Assembly (NCBI GenBank): GCA_964456345.1
Contig: CAYVZO010000002.1
Coordinates: 1 to 32,074, forward strand
Length of the DNA stretch: 32,074 nucleotides
From: an uncultured archaeon
Lineage (GTDB): Archaea; Aenigmatarchaeota; Aenigmatarchaeia; GW2011-AR5
Reading direction: 5' to 3'
In this document: piece by piece, positions 1 through 8,263 of the stretch
Layout: every line of letters begins with the position of its first letter
How positions within the stretch are numbered: position 1 is the stretch's first letter
Program-made: the position numbers and the translations under genes
Notes under the pieces: model-generated
Told to the model about the DNA's origin: nothing
Database searches by the model: none
What the model saw: only the letters and a program-made list of their open reading frames with translations

Positions 1-26
1 CTTTCACTTCGTAGCCCATAATATCA

Positions 27-917
27 CTAGAATGTTATCATATTCTTAAATTCTTTAAAACGTGATTCGATGTCTTTCATTTCTATCCTAACAAGGTTGT
101 TAAGACTAAAATCCTCGACATTGAAGGAAGCAAGAGCTGAGCCGTATACCACTGACCTGCAGATGTTCTCGTAACTGAACCCGTTTTTCGATATGTATCC
201 GCTCAATGCGCCTGCAAAGCTGTCACCAGCACCTGTAGGGTCCTTGACGTTCTCCAGGGGATAGCCTGGAAGCAGGAACAGCTTGTCCTTGGCAAAAAGG
301 AGTGCGCCATGCTCCCCTTTCTTTATGACAACTGCGTCAAGACCGAGCTCCAACGCATTTTTCCCTGCTGTAATCAGATTCGTCGTGTTGAAAAGCTCCC
401 TTGCCTCTGCATCGTTCAGCAGGGCGATATTGCTCTTTTTTATAACCTCCAGAAGCTTGTCTCGCTTTCTTTCTATCCAGTAATTCATGGTGTCCATGAC
501 CACAACCGGTTTGTCCATCTGCTCCAGGACATGGAGCTGCAGCTCAGGGTCTATATTCGCAAGAAAAACATAGCTGGAGTCCCTGTATTCTTCCGGTATC
601 TCGGGTAAGAAGTTCTCGAAAACATTAAGATGTGTCTCGACCGTATGCGCCTGGTTCATGTCGTATTCGTAATAACCGGACCAGCGGAACGTACTGCCTT
701 TTACAGCCTTCAAACCTTTTGTGCAGATTTTGTTCTTAACGAATATGTCGTGTTGCCTGAAATCGTCGCCTACTACGGCAACTATGCCGGGCTCTGCAAA
801 GAACCTTGCAGACAAAGAAGCATATGTAGCAGAGCCGCCTAACGCTTCCTTGACAGAACCAAAAGGCGTCTCTATCGTGTCGAAAGCAACAGAACCCACG
901 ACCACCAAATCGACCAT
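27..917 (-). CDS. PfkB-family carbohydrate/nucleoside (phospho)sugar kinase
   Basis: 296-aa ORF. N-terminal VVGSVAFD beta-strand start and C-terminal DPTGAGDSFAGAL, which matches the PfkB signature-2 (DxxGAGD). Transcribed divergently from the isomerase/aldolase pair. Confidence 0.85.
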   Translation of the reverse strand: MVDLVVVGSVAFDTIETPFGSVKEALGGSATYASLSARFFAEPGIVAVVGDDFRQHDIFVKNKICTKGLKAVKGSTFRWSGYYEYDMNQAHTVETHLNVFENFLPEIPEEYRDSSYVFLANIDPELQLHVLEQMDKPVVVMDTMNYWIERKRDKLLEVIKKSNIALLNDAEARELFNTTNLITAGKNALELGLDAVVIKKGEHGALLFAKDKLFLLPGYPLENVKDPTGAGDSFAGALSGYISKNGFSYENICRSVVYGSALASFNVEDFSLNNLVRIEMKDIESRFKEFKNMITF

Positions 918-968
918 GCTAATAAATCAAGAAAGAAACTTCTTAAGTGTTTCAGCCAAACCTACTAT

Positions 969-1964
969 ATGATTGTCAACGGAGAGCATTACCGCACGGT
1001 ATGGTTCGATAAAGGCATTGTAAAGATGATTGACCAAACCAAGCTGCCTTTCTCGTTCGAAGTTTACGAATGCAGGAATTACAAAGAAACGAGCGAAGCC
1101 ATAAGGAACATGGTTGTCAGGGGCGCGCCTGCAATAGGGGCTGCAGCTGCTTTTGCCATGGCACAGGCATTTCTTGAGAAGACGGACATAGAAAAAGCGA
1201 AGAAATACATAGAGGACACAAGACCGACTGCACAGAACCTCTTCTACGCTGTCAACAGGGTCTATGAATGCGGTCCAGAAGAGGCGCACAAAATAGCAGA
1301 CGAGAGTATTGTCGAGTGCGAGATGATAGGGCAGAATGGAGAAGTGCTCATAAAAAGCGGTGATTATATAGAAACCCATTGCAACGCCGGCTGGCTTGCA
1401 TGCGTGGACTGGGGCACTGCCACTGCACCGATATACAAGGCGTCCAGAAACGGGAAAAAAGTTTTTGTCTACGTGGACGAGACGCGGCCGAGAAGCCAGG
1501 GAGCAAGGCTCACTGCCTGGGAAATGAAAAATGAGAAAATACCGCACGCAATAATTCCTGATAACGCAGGAGCGTACTACATGTCAAAAGGGAAGGTAGA
1601 CATGGTCATCGTCGGCGCAGACAGGATTGCAAAAAATGGCGACACTGCAAACAAGATAGGCACTCTGGAGAAGGCAATAGCTGCAAAGGAGTTCGGAGTG
1701 CCGTTCTACGTCGCAGCGCCTTTGTCCACCGTAGATATAAAATGCAATACAGGTGAAGATATACCTATAGAAGAGCGTAACCAGGCAGAGGTCCTCTACC
1801 AGGAAGGGCCGGACGACAAAGGAATTGTCCATAAAATACTTGTTTCCAGCCCTGGCTCAGCTGCAAAAAATCCTGCTTTCGATGTGACGCCTGCCAAATT
1901 CATAACGGGAATAATAACCGAGAAGGGCATAGTCAAGCCGGACGAGATAAAAGACATTATGTGA
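969..1964 (+). CDS. mtnA: Methylthioribose-1-phosphate isomerase type protein (eIF-2B alpha/beta/delta family; MtnA/M1Pi-like)
   Basis: 331-aa ORF with the MtnA-type N-terminal module (VWFD..IVKMIDQTKLPF..YE) followed by VRGAPAIGAAAAFAMA and TRPTAQNL motifs. The C-terminal GADRIA.NGDTANKIGT is typical of the family. Confidence 0.88.
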   Translation: MIVNGEHYRTVWFDKGIVKMIDQTKLPFSFEVYECRNYKETSEAIRNMVVRGAPAIGAAAAFAMAQAFLEKTDIEKAKKYIEDTRPTAQNLFYAVNRVYECGPEEAHKIADESIVECEMIGQNGEVLIKSGDYIETHCNAGWLACVDWGTATAPIYKASRNGKKVFVYVDETRPRSQGARLTAWEMKNEKIPHAIIPDNAGAYYMSKGKVDMVIVGADRIAKNGDTANKIGTLEKAIAAKEFGVPFYVAAPLSTVDIKCNTGEDIPIEERNQAEVLYQEGPDDKGIVHKILVSSPGSAAKNPAFDVTPAKFITGIITEKGIVKPDEIKDIM

Positions 1965-1968
1965 TTTA

Positions 1969-2553
1969 ATGCCAGACAAGTACAAAGGAATAAAGTTCAC
2001 GGTCAGCCTGATAGAAAGGAAGAGGCTGGATTATAAGGAAATAGACGAACTGATAAAATGGTGCAGGCAGTTCCATGAACTGGGACTCGCGCCTGCTTAT
2101 GAAGGAGGCAGCTCAGGCAACCTGAGTTTTCGTATTGGGAAAAACTTCGTCATAACAGCTGCTAAAACTGCTCTCGGAAGTATAACAAGAAACGATTTTG
2201 TTGAGGTTGTTTTTTGTGATATGGAAAAGAAGCAGATAGCTGCTATCGGGTTAAAAGAGCCGTCTTCCGAGACAATGCTTCACTCAGCTATATACAAGGC
2301 AAGGCCAGACGTGAATGCAGTATTCCACGGCCACGATGAGAACGTGATGAAATGCCTGGAAGAACTGGACATTGTCGCGACAGAAGAGGAGAAGCCTTAC
2401 GGCACTGTCGAGCTCGTGGAAGAGGTGCTGAAAGTCCTCGGAAACAACTATTACGTTGTCATGAAAAACCACGGGTTCATCGCTCTGGGAAAAACAATGG
2501 AACAGGCCGGAGAAAACGCAATAGAAATGTATAAAAAATCTGTGAAAGCCTGA
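1969..2553 (+). CDS. Class II aldolase/adducin-family protein (MtnB dehydratase or ketose-1-phosphate aldolase)
   Basis: 194-aa ORF starting 4 nt after the isomerase stop. Zn-ligand pattern HGH (VFHGHDENV) plus a later NHG (VMKNHGFIALG), as in FucA/MtnB-type class II aldolases. Confidence 0.85.
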   Translation: MPDKYKGIKFTVSLIERKRLDYKEIDELIKWCRQFHELGLAPAYEGGSSGNLSFRIGKNFVITAAKTALGSITRNDFVEVVFCDMEKKQIAAIGLKEPSSETMLHSAIYKARPDVNAVFHGHDENVMKCLEELDIVATEEEKPYGTVELVEEVLKVLGNNYYVVMKNHGFIALGKTMEQAGENAIEMYKKSVKA

Positions 2554-2593
2554 GTAATTAAAAAGATTTCTGTATTGCACAGTAAAAATATAT

Positions 2594-2618
2594 TTAAACA
2601 ACCTTTAAGGTTGTTTAA
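2594..2618. repeat. Perfect palindrome TTAAACAACC-TTTAA-GGTTGTTTAA
   Basis: Read directly: 10-nt arms are exact reverse complements. Lies between the aldolase stop and the ppdK start, so it could be an operator or a terminator hairpin. Confidence 0.6.
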
Positions 2619-2625
2619 CATATCC

Positions 2626-2644
2626 AATTCAGCTTTGCTGAATT
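2626..2644. repeat. Perfect hairpin/palindrome AATTCAGC-TTT-GCTGAATT
   Basis: Read directly: 8-nt arms and a 3-nt loop, immediately upstream of the ppdK TATA-like box. Confidence 0.6.
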
Positions 2645-2650
2645 AAATAT

Positions 2651-2660
2651 ATTTAAATAT
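2651..2660 (+). promoter_or_regulatory. TATA-box-like element (ATTTAAATAT) for ppdK
   Basis: Archaeal TATA consensus-like sequence ending about 35 nt upstream of the ppdK ATG. A near-duplicate (AAATATATTTAAA) sits at about 2585-2598. Confidence 0.4.
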
Positions 2661-2694
2661 AATATCTGAATTATACTGAAGGTTGGGAAAGTTA

Positions 2695-5337
2695 ATGGGT
2701 CATAAATACGTCTACTCCTTTGGAGAGGGCTCTTCCGGAATGAAAGAACTGCTGGGGAACAAAGGGGCACAGCTTTCAGAAATGACCAAGATGGGCCTTC
2801 CCGTGCCTCCAGGATTCACCATAACGACTGAAGCGTGCATATATTGGTACAAGAACGGCAAATACCCCGAAGGTCTTGAACAGCAAATAGAAGAGAAGCT
2901 TAGCGAACTGGAACAGAAGACAGGAAAGAAATTCGGGAGAGACCTGCTGGTTTCTGTACGTTCCGGCGCAGCAGTGAGCATGCCTGGCATGATGAACACA
3001 GTGCTAAATCTCGGAATCAACGACGAAGTAGTGAAATACCTTGCAGAAGAAAACGAGAAGTTTGCTTACGACTGTTACCGCAGGTTTATACAAATGTTCT
3101 CCGATGTTGTCCTTGGCATGAAAATTGACAAGTTCGAGAAAATCCTCGAGAGCTACAAGAAAGGCAGGAACGACACGGACCTTACTGGAGAGGAACTGAA
3201 AAAAATAACTGCCGAATACAAAGAACTTGTGAAGAAGGAAGGAAAAGAAGTGCCTTCTGACCCGCATGAACAGCTCAGGATGGCTGTCCAGGCTGTGTTT
3301 GATTCCTGGAACAGCAAAAGGGCCATTACCTACAGGAAAATAAATAATCTTTCTGATGACATGGGTACAGGCGTGAACGTACAGACGATGGTTTACGGCA
3401 ACAGGAACGATAACTCAGGCACAGGCGTGGGCTTTACGCGAAATCCCAGCAACGGAGAGAAGGAATATTACGGCGAATACCTCCTGAACGCCCAGGGCGA
3501 GGATATAGTTGCAGGGATAAGGACGCCAAGGCATATCGATGATATGAAGAACGAGATGCCGGAAATATACAAAGAGCTTACCAAGATATACAGAATCCTT
3601 GAGCAACATTACAAGGATATCCAGGACTTCGAGTTCACGATAGAAGACGGCAAACTATATATGCTCCAGACCAGGACGGGAAAAAGGACAATACAGGCTG
3701 CTGTCAAGATTGCAGTTGACATGGTCAAGGAAGGCCTTATAGACAAGAAGGAAGCAGTAATACGCATAGACCCGTACCAGATTGACAAGCTCCTTCACAG
3801 GAAGGTTGACCCTTCTGCTGAAAAGAACGTTATAGCAAAGGGTATCAACGCCTCGCCCGGCGCAGTCTCGGGCATGGTCGTATTCGAGCCTGACGCTGCT
3901 GTCGAATTCGCAACCAAAGGAAATGACGTCATACTCGTAAGGCCTGAAACGACGCCGGATGATATACACGGAATGAACGCTGCAAAAGGCATTTTAACTT
4001 CAACAGGAGGCATGACATCCCACGCAGCAATAGTTGCAAGGGGGATGGGAAAGCCGTGCATAGCAGGATGCGGTGACATAAAGATTTCCCTGCAGGAAAA
4101 GAAATTTTCCGCTGGTGTTAACATAATCAAGGAAGGCGACATGATAACAATAGATGGGAGCTCCGGCGAGGTCATAATCGGCGATGTCAAGACAGTCGAG
4201 CCCGAGATAAACAAGGATTTCAAAGAGATTCTGTCCTGGGCTGACGGAATGAGAGTGTTAGGAGTAATGACCAACGCCGACACGCCAGGCGATGCGGCGA
4301 AGGCACGCGAATTCGGAGCTGAAGGCATCGGCTTGTGCAGAACAGAGCACATGTTCTTTGCGGAAGATAGGCTGCCTATAATGCAGAAGATGATAATGAG
4401 CGACAGCGAAGAAGAAAGGAGGGCAGAACTTGGCAAGCTGCTGCCGATGCAAAGGAATGATTTTATAGAAATATTCAAGGCAATGGACGGACTTCCTGTC
4501 ACCATAAGGCTGATTGACCCGCCTCTGCACGAATTCCTGCCAAACATCGAAAGGCTCGTTGCAGAGGTCACCGAATTGAAGATAAGGCTGAACAAGCACA
4601 ACGAAAAAGAGCTTATACAGAAAGAGGCGTTGCTTGACAGGGCAAAGGCCCTGGACGAGTTCAATCCCATGCTCGGGCTCCGCGGGTGCCGCCTCGGCAT
4701 CATGTACCCCGAGATAATAGACATGCAGGTCAGAGCGATAATAGAAGCTGCTGTAGAAGCCGGAAAACATGGTGTGAAGGCTGTACCAGAGATAATGGTG
4801 CCGCTCGTTGGCCATAAAAAAGAGATAGAGATAATCAGGAAAAGGATAGAAAGTTTGATAAGGGAGATTCTCAGAGACGAGGAACTGGATTATAAAATCG
4901 GTACGATGATAGAGCTGCCCAGGGCCTGCGTAAGGGCAAGCGAGATAGCAGATCACGCCGATTTCTTTTCTTTCGGCACGAACGACCTCACCCAGACCAC
5001 GCTCGGCTACAGCAGGGATGATGCAGAGGGCAAGTTCTTCAAGGAGTACTTGGAACAGGGCATACTCGAGGATGACCCGTTTATAAGGCTTGACCAGCGC
5101 GGCGTTGGAGCGCTGATGAAGATAGCTGTCGATTCTGTAAAGGGCAAGAAGATAAAGCTTGGTATATGCGGCGAGCATGGCGGCGACCCGTCTTCAATAG
5201 AATTCTGCCACATTTTGGGCTTAGATTACGTATCCTGTTCGCCTTTCCGCGTGCCTGTTGCCCGTCTGTCAGCAGCCCAGGCAGCGGTCAAGTCCGGTTC
5301 GCGTTTGAAGAGAATCAAATCAATACTGCACCGCTGA
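2695..5337 (+). CDS. ppdK: Pyruvate, phosphate dikinase
   Basis: Roughly 880 aa. N-terminal KYVYSFGEG...GNKGAQLSEMTKMGLPVPPGFTITTEAC, phosphohistidine region GGMTSHAAIVARGMGKPC, and PEP-utilising C-terminal domain (GLCRTEHMF, FFSFGTNDLTQ, ICGEHGGDP). I prefer the ATG at 2695 over the TTG at 2683 used by the ORF track. Confidence 0.95.
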   Translation: MGHKYVYSFGEGSSGMKELLGNKGAQLSEMTKMGLPVPPGFTITTEACIYWYKNGKYPEGLEQQIEEKLSELEQKTGKKFGRDLLVSVRSGAAVSMPGMMNTVLNLGINDEVVKYLAEENEKFAYDCYRRFIQMFSDVVLGMKIDKFEKILESYKKGRNDTDLTGEELKKITAEYKELVKKEGKEVPSDPHEQLRMAVQAVFDSWNSKRAITYRKINNLSDDMGTGVNVQTMVYGNRNDNSGTGVGFTRNPSNGEKEYYGEYLLNAQGEDIVAGIRTPRHIDDMKNEMPEIYKELTKIYRILEQHYKDIQDFEFTIEDGKLYMLQTRTGKRTIQAAVKIAVDMVKEGLIDKKEAVIRIDPYQIDKLLHRKVDPSAEKNVIAKGINASPGAVSGMVVFEPDAAVEFATKGNDVILVRPETTPDDIHGMNAAKGILTSTGGMTSHAAIVARGMGKPCIAGCGDIKISLQEKKFSAGVNIIKEGDMITIDGSSGEVIIGDVKTVEPEINKDFKEILSWADGMRVLGVMTNADTPGDAAKAREFGAEGIGLCRTEHMFFAEDRLPIMQKMIMSDSEEERRAELGKLLPMQRNDFIEIFKAMDGLPVTIRLIDPPLHEFLPNIERLVAEVTELKIRLNKHNEKELIQKEALLDRAKALDEFNPMLGLRGCRLGIMYPEIIDMQVRAIIEAAVEAGKHGVKAVPEIMVPLVGHKKEIEIIRKRIESLIREILRDEELDYKIGTMIELPRACVRASEIADHADFFSFGTNDLTQTTLGYSRDDAEGKFFKEYLEQGILEDDPFIRLDQRGVGALMKIAVDSVKGKKIKLGICGEHGGDPSSIEFCHILGLDYVSCSPFRVPVARLSAAQAAVKSGSRLKRIKSILHR

Positions 5338-5360
5338 TTCAATCACAAGGCAATTACGGA

Positions 5361-5380
5361 TTTTTTTCTGGCCAGTTTTT
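5361..5380 (+). terminator. Oligo-T tracts (T7 then T5) after ppdK
   Basis: TTTTTTT at 5361-5367 and TTTTT at 5376-5380, about 25-40 nt after the ppdK stop. Archaeal intrinsic terminators are oligo-T runs. Confidence 0.4.
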
Positions 5381-5407
5381 AAGAAGGTTGCTGGAATAAA
5401 GTTTAAA

Positions 5408-6556
5408 ATGACAGGCGAATCAGATTACCAGGAAAGGGAAGCCAGGGCTGTCGAAGCAATCAAAAAAGAGATAAGAAGCAAACATAACATTGTCCCTTCA
5501 ACCAAAGGATTGTTTGTGGAACTCTATTATCAAGGCTCTGTCTTCCCCAAGCATTACATGTCTACTGCAATCGATGGCGTGGGCAGTAAGGTAATTCTGG
5601 CTGTTTTATTGAATAAGTACGACACAATTGGAATAGACTGTGTTGCGATGGCAAAAAATGACGAATGCGGCCATCCTGGCAACGGCAATATCCATACATA
5701 CATGTATCTTGATTATCTTGCGTGCCAGAATGAGATAGAGGAACAGTATATAACAGGGGATATAATAAGAGGGATTGAAGCAGGACTGACACTGGCTGAC
5801 ATCTCTGACGTAACAAGGCTCTGCATAAAGCCGAACCTGGGAAAAGGTGAAACAGCGAGCCTGGACGAAATTGTGGCAGGGCCAAAATCCGGGTATGGTT
5901 TTGACCTTGCCGGCGCAATGATAGGATTCGTCGAGAAAGATATAGCAAGAGATGCATTGAAAACAAGGCCCAAGGATGGCGATGCAATAGTTGCATTCAG
6001 GAGCAGTGGCGTCCACAGCAACGGCTATACTGATTTCAGGCATTACTTGTTGGACGGCGAATTTGAAGAAAGGGATAAATTCAGAAAAAGGTACAAAGGA
6101 AGGTTTTCTGTCCATGACAAAATGCCTAATTCTCAAAGAACTATCGGAGAAGAATTACTAACACCCACAAGAATATACGCGAAGTTGATGGCAGATATGG
6201 CCAAACATGACATACGTATGATAGGAATCAACAACACCGGGTACGGCCTTCATAACTTCAACAGGGTCGGACATGATGTCCAGTATGTTATTAACGAGCC
6301 ACTGGAACCGCAGGATATATTCAAACTGATGCAGGAAGAATCCGGTTTCGACGACAAGGAGATGTACAGGAAATTCAACATGGGGATGGGGTTCTTTGTT
6401 GTAACAAAACAGTTGTACGCCAACAGGATAATTAGGACTGCAGAAGACCATGGTATAGAAGCTTCTGTTGTCGGTGAAGTCAAAGAATATTCAGGGGAAC
6501 CCAGGGTGGTTTTGCGTAAGAGCGGAAAAGAGCTGCCATTCGTCGGTTATGGTTAA
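5408..6556 (+). CDS. AIR synthase (PurM)-related protein, divergent
   Basis: 382-aa ORF with DGVGSK (compare PurM DGVGTK), LDYLA, and SSGVHSNGYT (compare PurM SSGxHSNG). An atypical insertion (NDECGHPGNGNIHTYMY) replaces the canonical ND...G..P.F segment. Confidence 0.7.
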   Translation: MTGESDYQEREARAVEAIKKEIRSKHNIVPSTKGLFVELYYQGSVFPKHYMSTAIDGVGSKVILAVLLNKYDTIGIDCVAMAKNDECGHPGNGNIHTYMYLDYLACQNEIEEQYITGDIIRGIEAGLTLADISDVTRLCIKPNLGKGETASLDEIVAGPKSGYGFDLAGAMIGFVEKDIARDALKTRPKDGDAIVAFRSSGVHSNGYTDFRHYLLDGEFEERDKFRKRYKGRFSVHDKMPNSQRTIGEELLTPTRIYAKLMADMAKHDIRMIGINNTGYGLHNFNRVGHDVQYVINEPLEPQDIFKLMQEESGFDDKEMYRKFNMGMGFFVVTKQLYANRIIRTAEDHGIEASVVGEVKEYSGEPRVVLRKSGKELPFVGYG

Positions 6557-6587
6557 GTAATTAAAGCCTTGCCCCAGTATAGAAATT

Positions 6588-6944
6588 ATGCAGGAATATA
6601 ATGATGAATTGATTGACGGGCATTATAACCACAGAAGCAGCTTTGATATGAAGAAATATCTTGAGTTCTACAAGAAAATCAAGATTAACGACCTTCCGGA
6701 CTACGTACCTAAGTTTGTTCGCGGTGCTACTGACATGTCGAAAATATGGTTGAGGAAGGGCATGGATTACGCAGAAAGGGTATGGGTCCTTGCACATGAA
6801 ATTGCCCATATAGCCAATCCCTTTGAAAGAAACGAGAATGTAATAGATTACTATGCCCCTGCATTCGTCCCAGCAGCACAAAATATCCTGCAGAAAGGTG
6901 ATAGGGAATTTATGATCGGACCATATAGAATTCCAAGGATTTAA
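6588..6944 (+). CDS. Small hypothetical protein with an HExxH motif (putative mini-metallopeptidase)
   Basis: 118-aa ORF co-directional with its flanking genes. Contains VLAHEIAHI (HExxH). No obvious SD. A competing antisense ORF (6561-6881) has no motif. Confidence 0.45.
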   Translation: MQEYNDELIDGHYNHRSSFDMKKYLEFYKKIKINDLPDYVPKFVRGATDMSKIWLRKGMDYAERVWVLAHEIAHIANPFERNENVIDYYAPAFVPAAQNILQKGDREFMIGPYRIPRI

Positions 6945-6967
6945 GTCTTGTTCCCAACTATTTCTTT

Positions 6968-8263
6968 ATGTACAACTCTCCAGAGGAGAAAAACAGGAAC
7001 GTCTACATAGAGACTTACGGCTGTTCGTCGTCTAAGAACGATTCTGAGATAATGGCAGGTCTGTTAAGCAAGGGCGGCTTTGAGGTTGTCAGTAATATAG
7101 AGCTGGCAGATGTCGTTATTGTCAACACATGCATAGTAAAGCAGGTGACGGAGAACAAAATCCGCTTCCGTATCAGCAGGATACAGAAAGAATACCCGGA
7201 AAAGAGATTAATCATAGCAGGCTGCATGCCTGAAGCAGAATACGAGATTGCCAGGAAGATTGCGCCGTCTGCTTCTTTGGTCAGCACGAATAAAGTAACT
7301 GACATCGTAAAAGTGGTTGGCAAAGCTTCAAAACAGAGAGTAGAGCTTCTCGGCAGGCCTGAAAAAGAAAAGATATGCCTGCCCAAAATCAGGAAGAATC
7401 CTGTTGTTGATATAGTGGAGATATGCTCGGGCTGCAATTACGCCTGCAGCTACTGCATAACGAAACTTGCAAAAGGCGCGCTATACTCATATCCACCTGA
7501 AAAGATAGCTGAAGAAATAGCCAAAATGCATAACAACGGGTGCAAGGAGTTCTGGATAACCGGTCAGGATGTTGCTTCGTATAATTACAAGGGACTGCGG
7601 TTGCCAGGCCTTATCAATAAAATAACGCACGTTAAAGGCAGGTATTTTTTGCGCTTGGGCATGATGAACCCTGCCGAGGTTTTGCCTGTCCTTGGCGATT
7701 TAATAAAGGCGTACCAGCAGAAACAGGTTTTCAAATTCATTCATATCCCTGTCCAGAGCGGCAGCAACAGGATATTAAGTGCGATGAACAGGAATTATTC
7801 CGTTGATGACTTCAAAAAAATTATTTCTGCTTTCCGTTCAGCATTTCCGGATATCACGGTCTGGACAGACGTCATAGTCGGCTTTCCGGGCGAGAACGAG
7901 AATGACTTCGAAGAATCCCTAGATTTAATAGAAAAAACAGGGCCTGATTTCGTCAATGTCTCGCAGTTTGCCGTGAGGCCAGGAACGAAGGCAGCAAAGA
8001 TGAAGCAGATACCGACAGAGATAAAGAAGGAGAGGAGCAGAAGGATGGCTGAAATTGCTGAAAAGATGTCGATGAAAGCGAATGAGAAATGGCTGTCTTG
8101 GTCAGGATTAGTTCTTATAGACGAGTACAACTGCCTCAAGAAGAACTATATCGGCCGCAACGCCTCCTACAAGCCTGTTTCCGTGAAACAGGGTCCCCTT
8201 GGCGATTTCATAGACGTGAAAATATCGTCTGTGGAGAAAACCTGCCTGGTTTCAGAAAAATAG
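6968..8263 (+). CDS. Archaeal MiaB-like / MtaB-type tRNA methylthiotransferase (radical SAM)
   Basis: 431 aa. N-terminal UPF0004 cysteines (YGCSSSKND, NTCIV, AGCMP), radical SAM CNYACSYC (CX3CX2C), and a C-terminal TRAM-like segment. Confidence 0.9.
   Translation: MYNSPEEKNRNVYIETYGCSSSKNDSEIMAGLLSKGGFEVVSNIELADVVIVNTCIVKQVTENKIRFRISRIQKEYPEKRLIIAGCMPEAEYEIARKIAPSASLVSTNKVTDIVKVVGKASKQRVELLGRPEKEKICLPKIRKNPVVDIVEICSGCNYACSYCITKLAKGALYSYPPEKIAEEIAKMHNNGCKEFWITGQDVASYNYKGLRLPGLINKITHVKGRYFLRLGMMNPAEVLPVLGDLIKAYQQKQVFKFIHIPVQSGSNRILSAMNRNYSVDDFKKIISAFRSAFPDITVWTDVIVGFPGENENDFEESLDLIEKTGPDFVNVSQFAVRPGTKAAKMKQIPTEIKKERSRRMAEIAEKMSMKANEKWLSWSGLVLIDEYNCLKKNYIGRNASYKPVSVKQGPLGDFIDVKISSVEKTCLVSEK

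Noticed and set aside
927-1547. 206-aa minus-strand ORF overlapping the mtnA-like gene
   Set aside because: It is a shadow ORF opposite a well-supported conserved gene, with no motifs. It would also collide with the PfkB/mtnA divergent promoter region.
3795-5178. Long antisense ORFs (309 aa and 306 aa) inside ppdK
   Set aside because: They lie entirely within, and antisense to, a full-length and highly recognisable PPDK. Their translations are Ser/Leu/Pro-rich low-complexity, which is typical of shadow ORFs.
6561-6881. 106-aa minus-strand ORF competing with the 118-aa plus-strand HExxH ORF
   Set aside because: It is oriented against all flanking genes and has no motif. The plus-strand frame carries HExxH and fits the operon direction. 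Neither frame is strongly supported, hence the low confidence on the plus-strand call.
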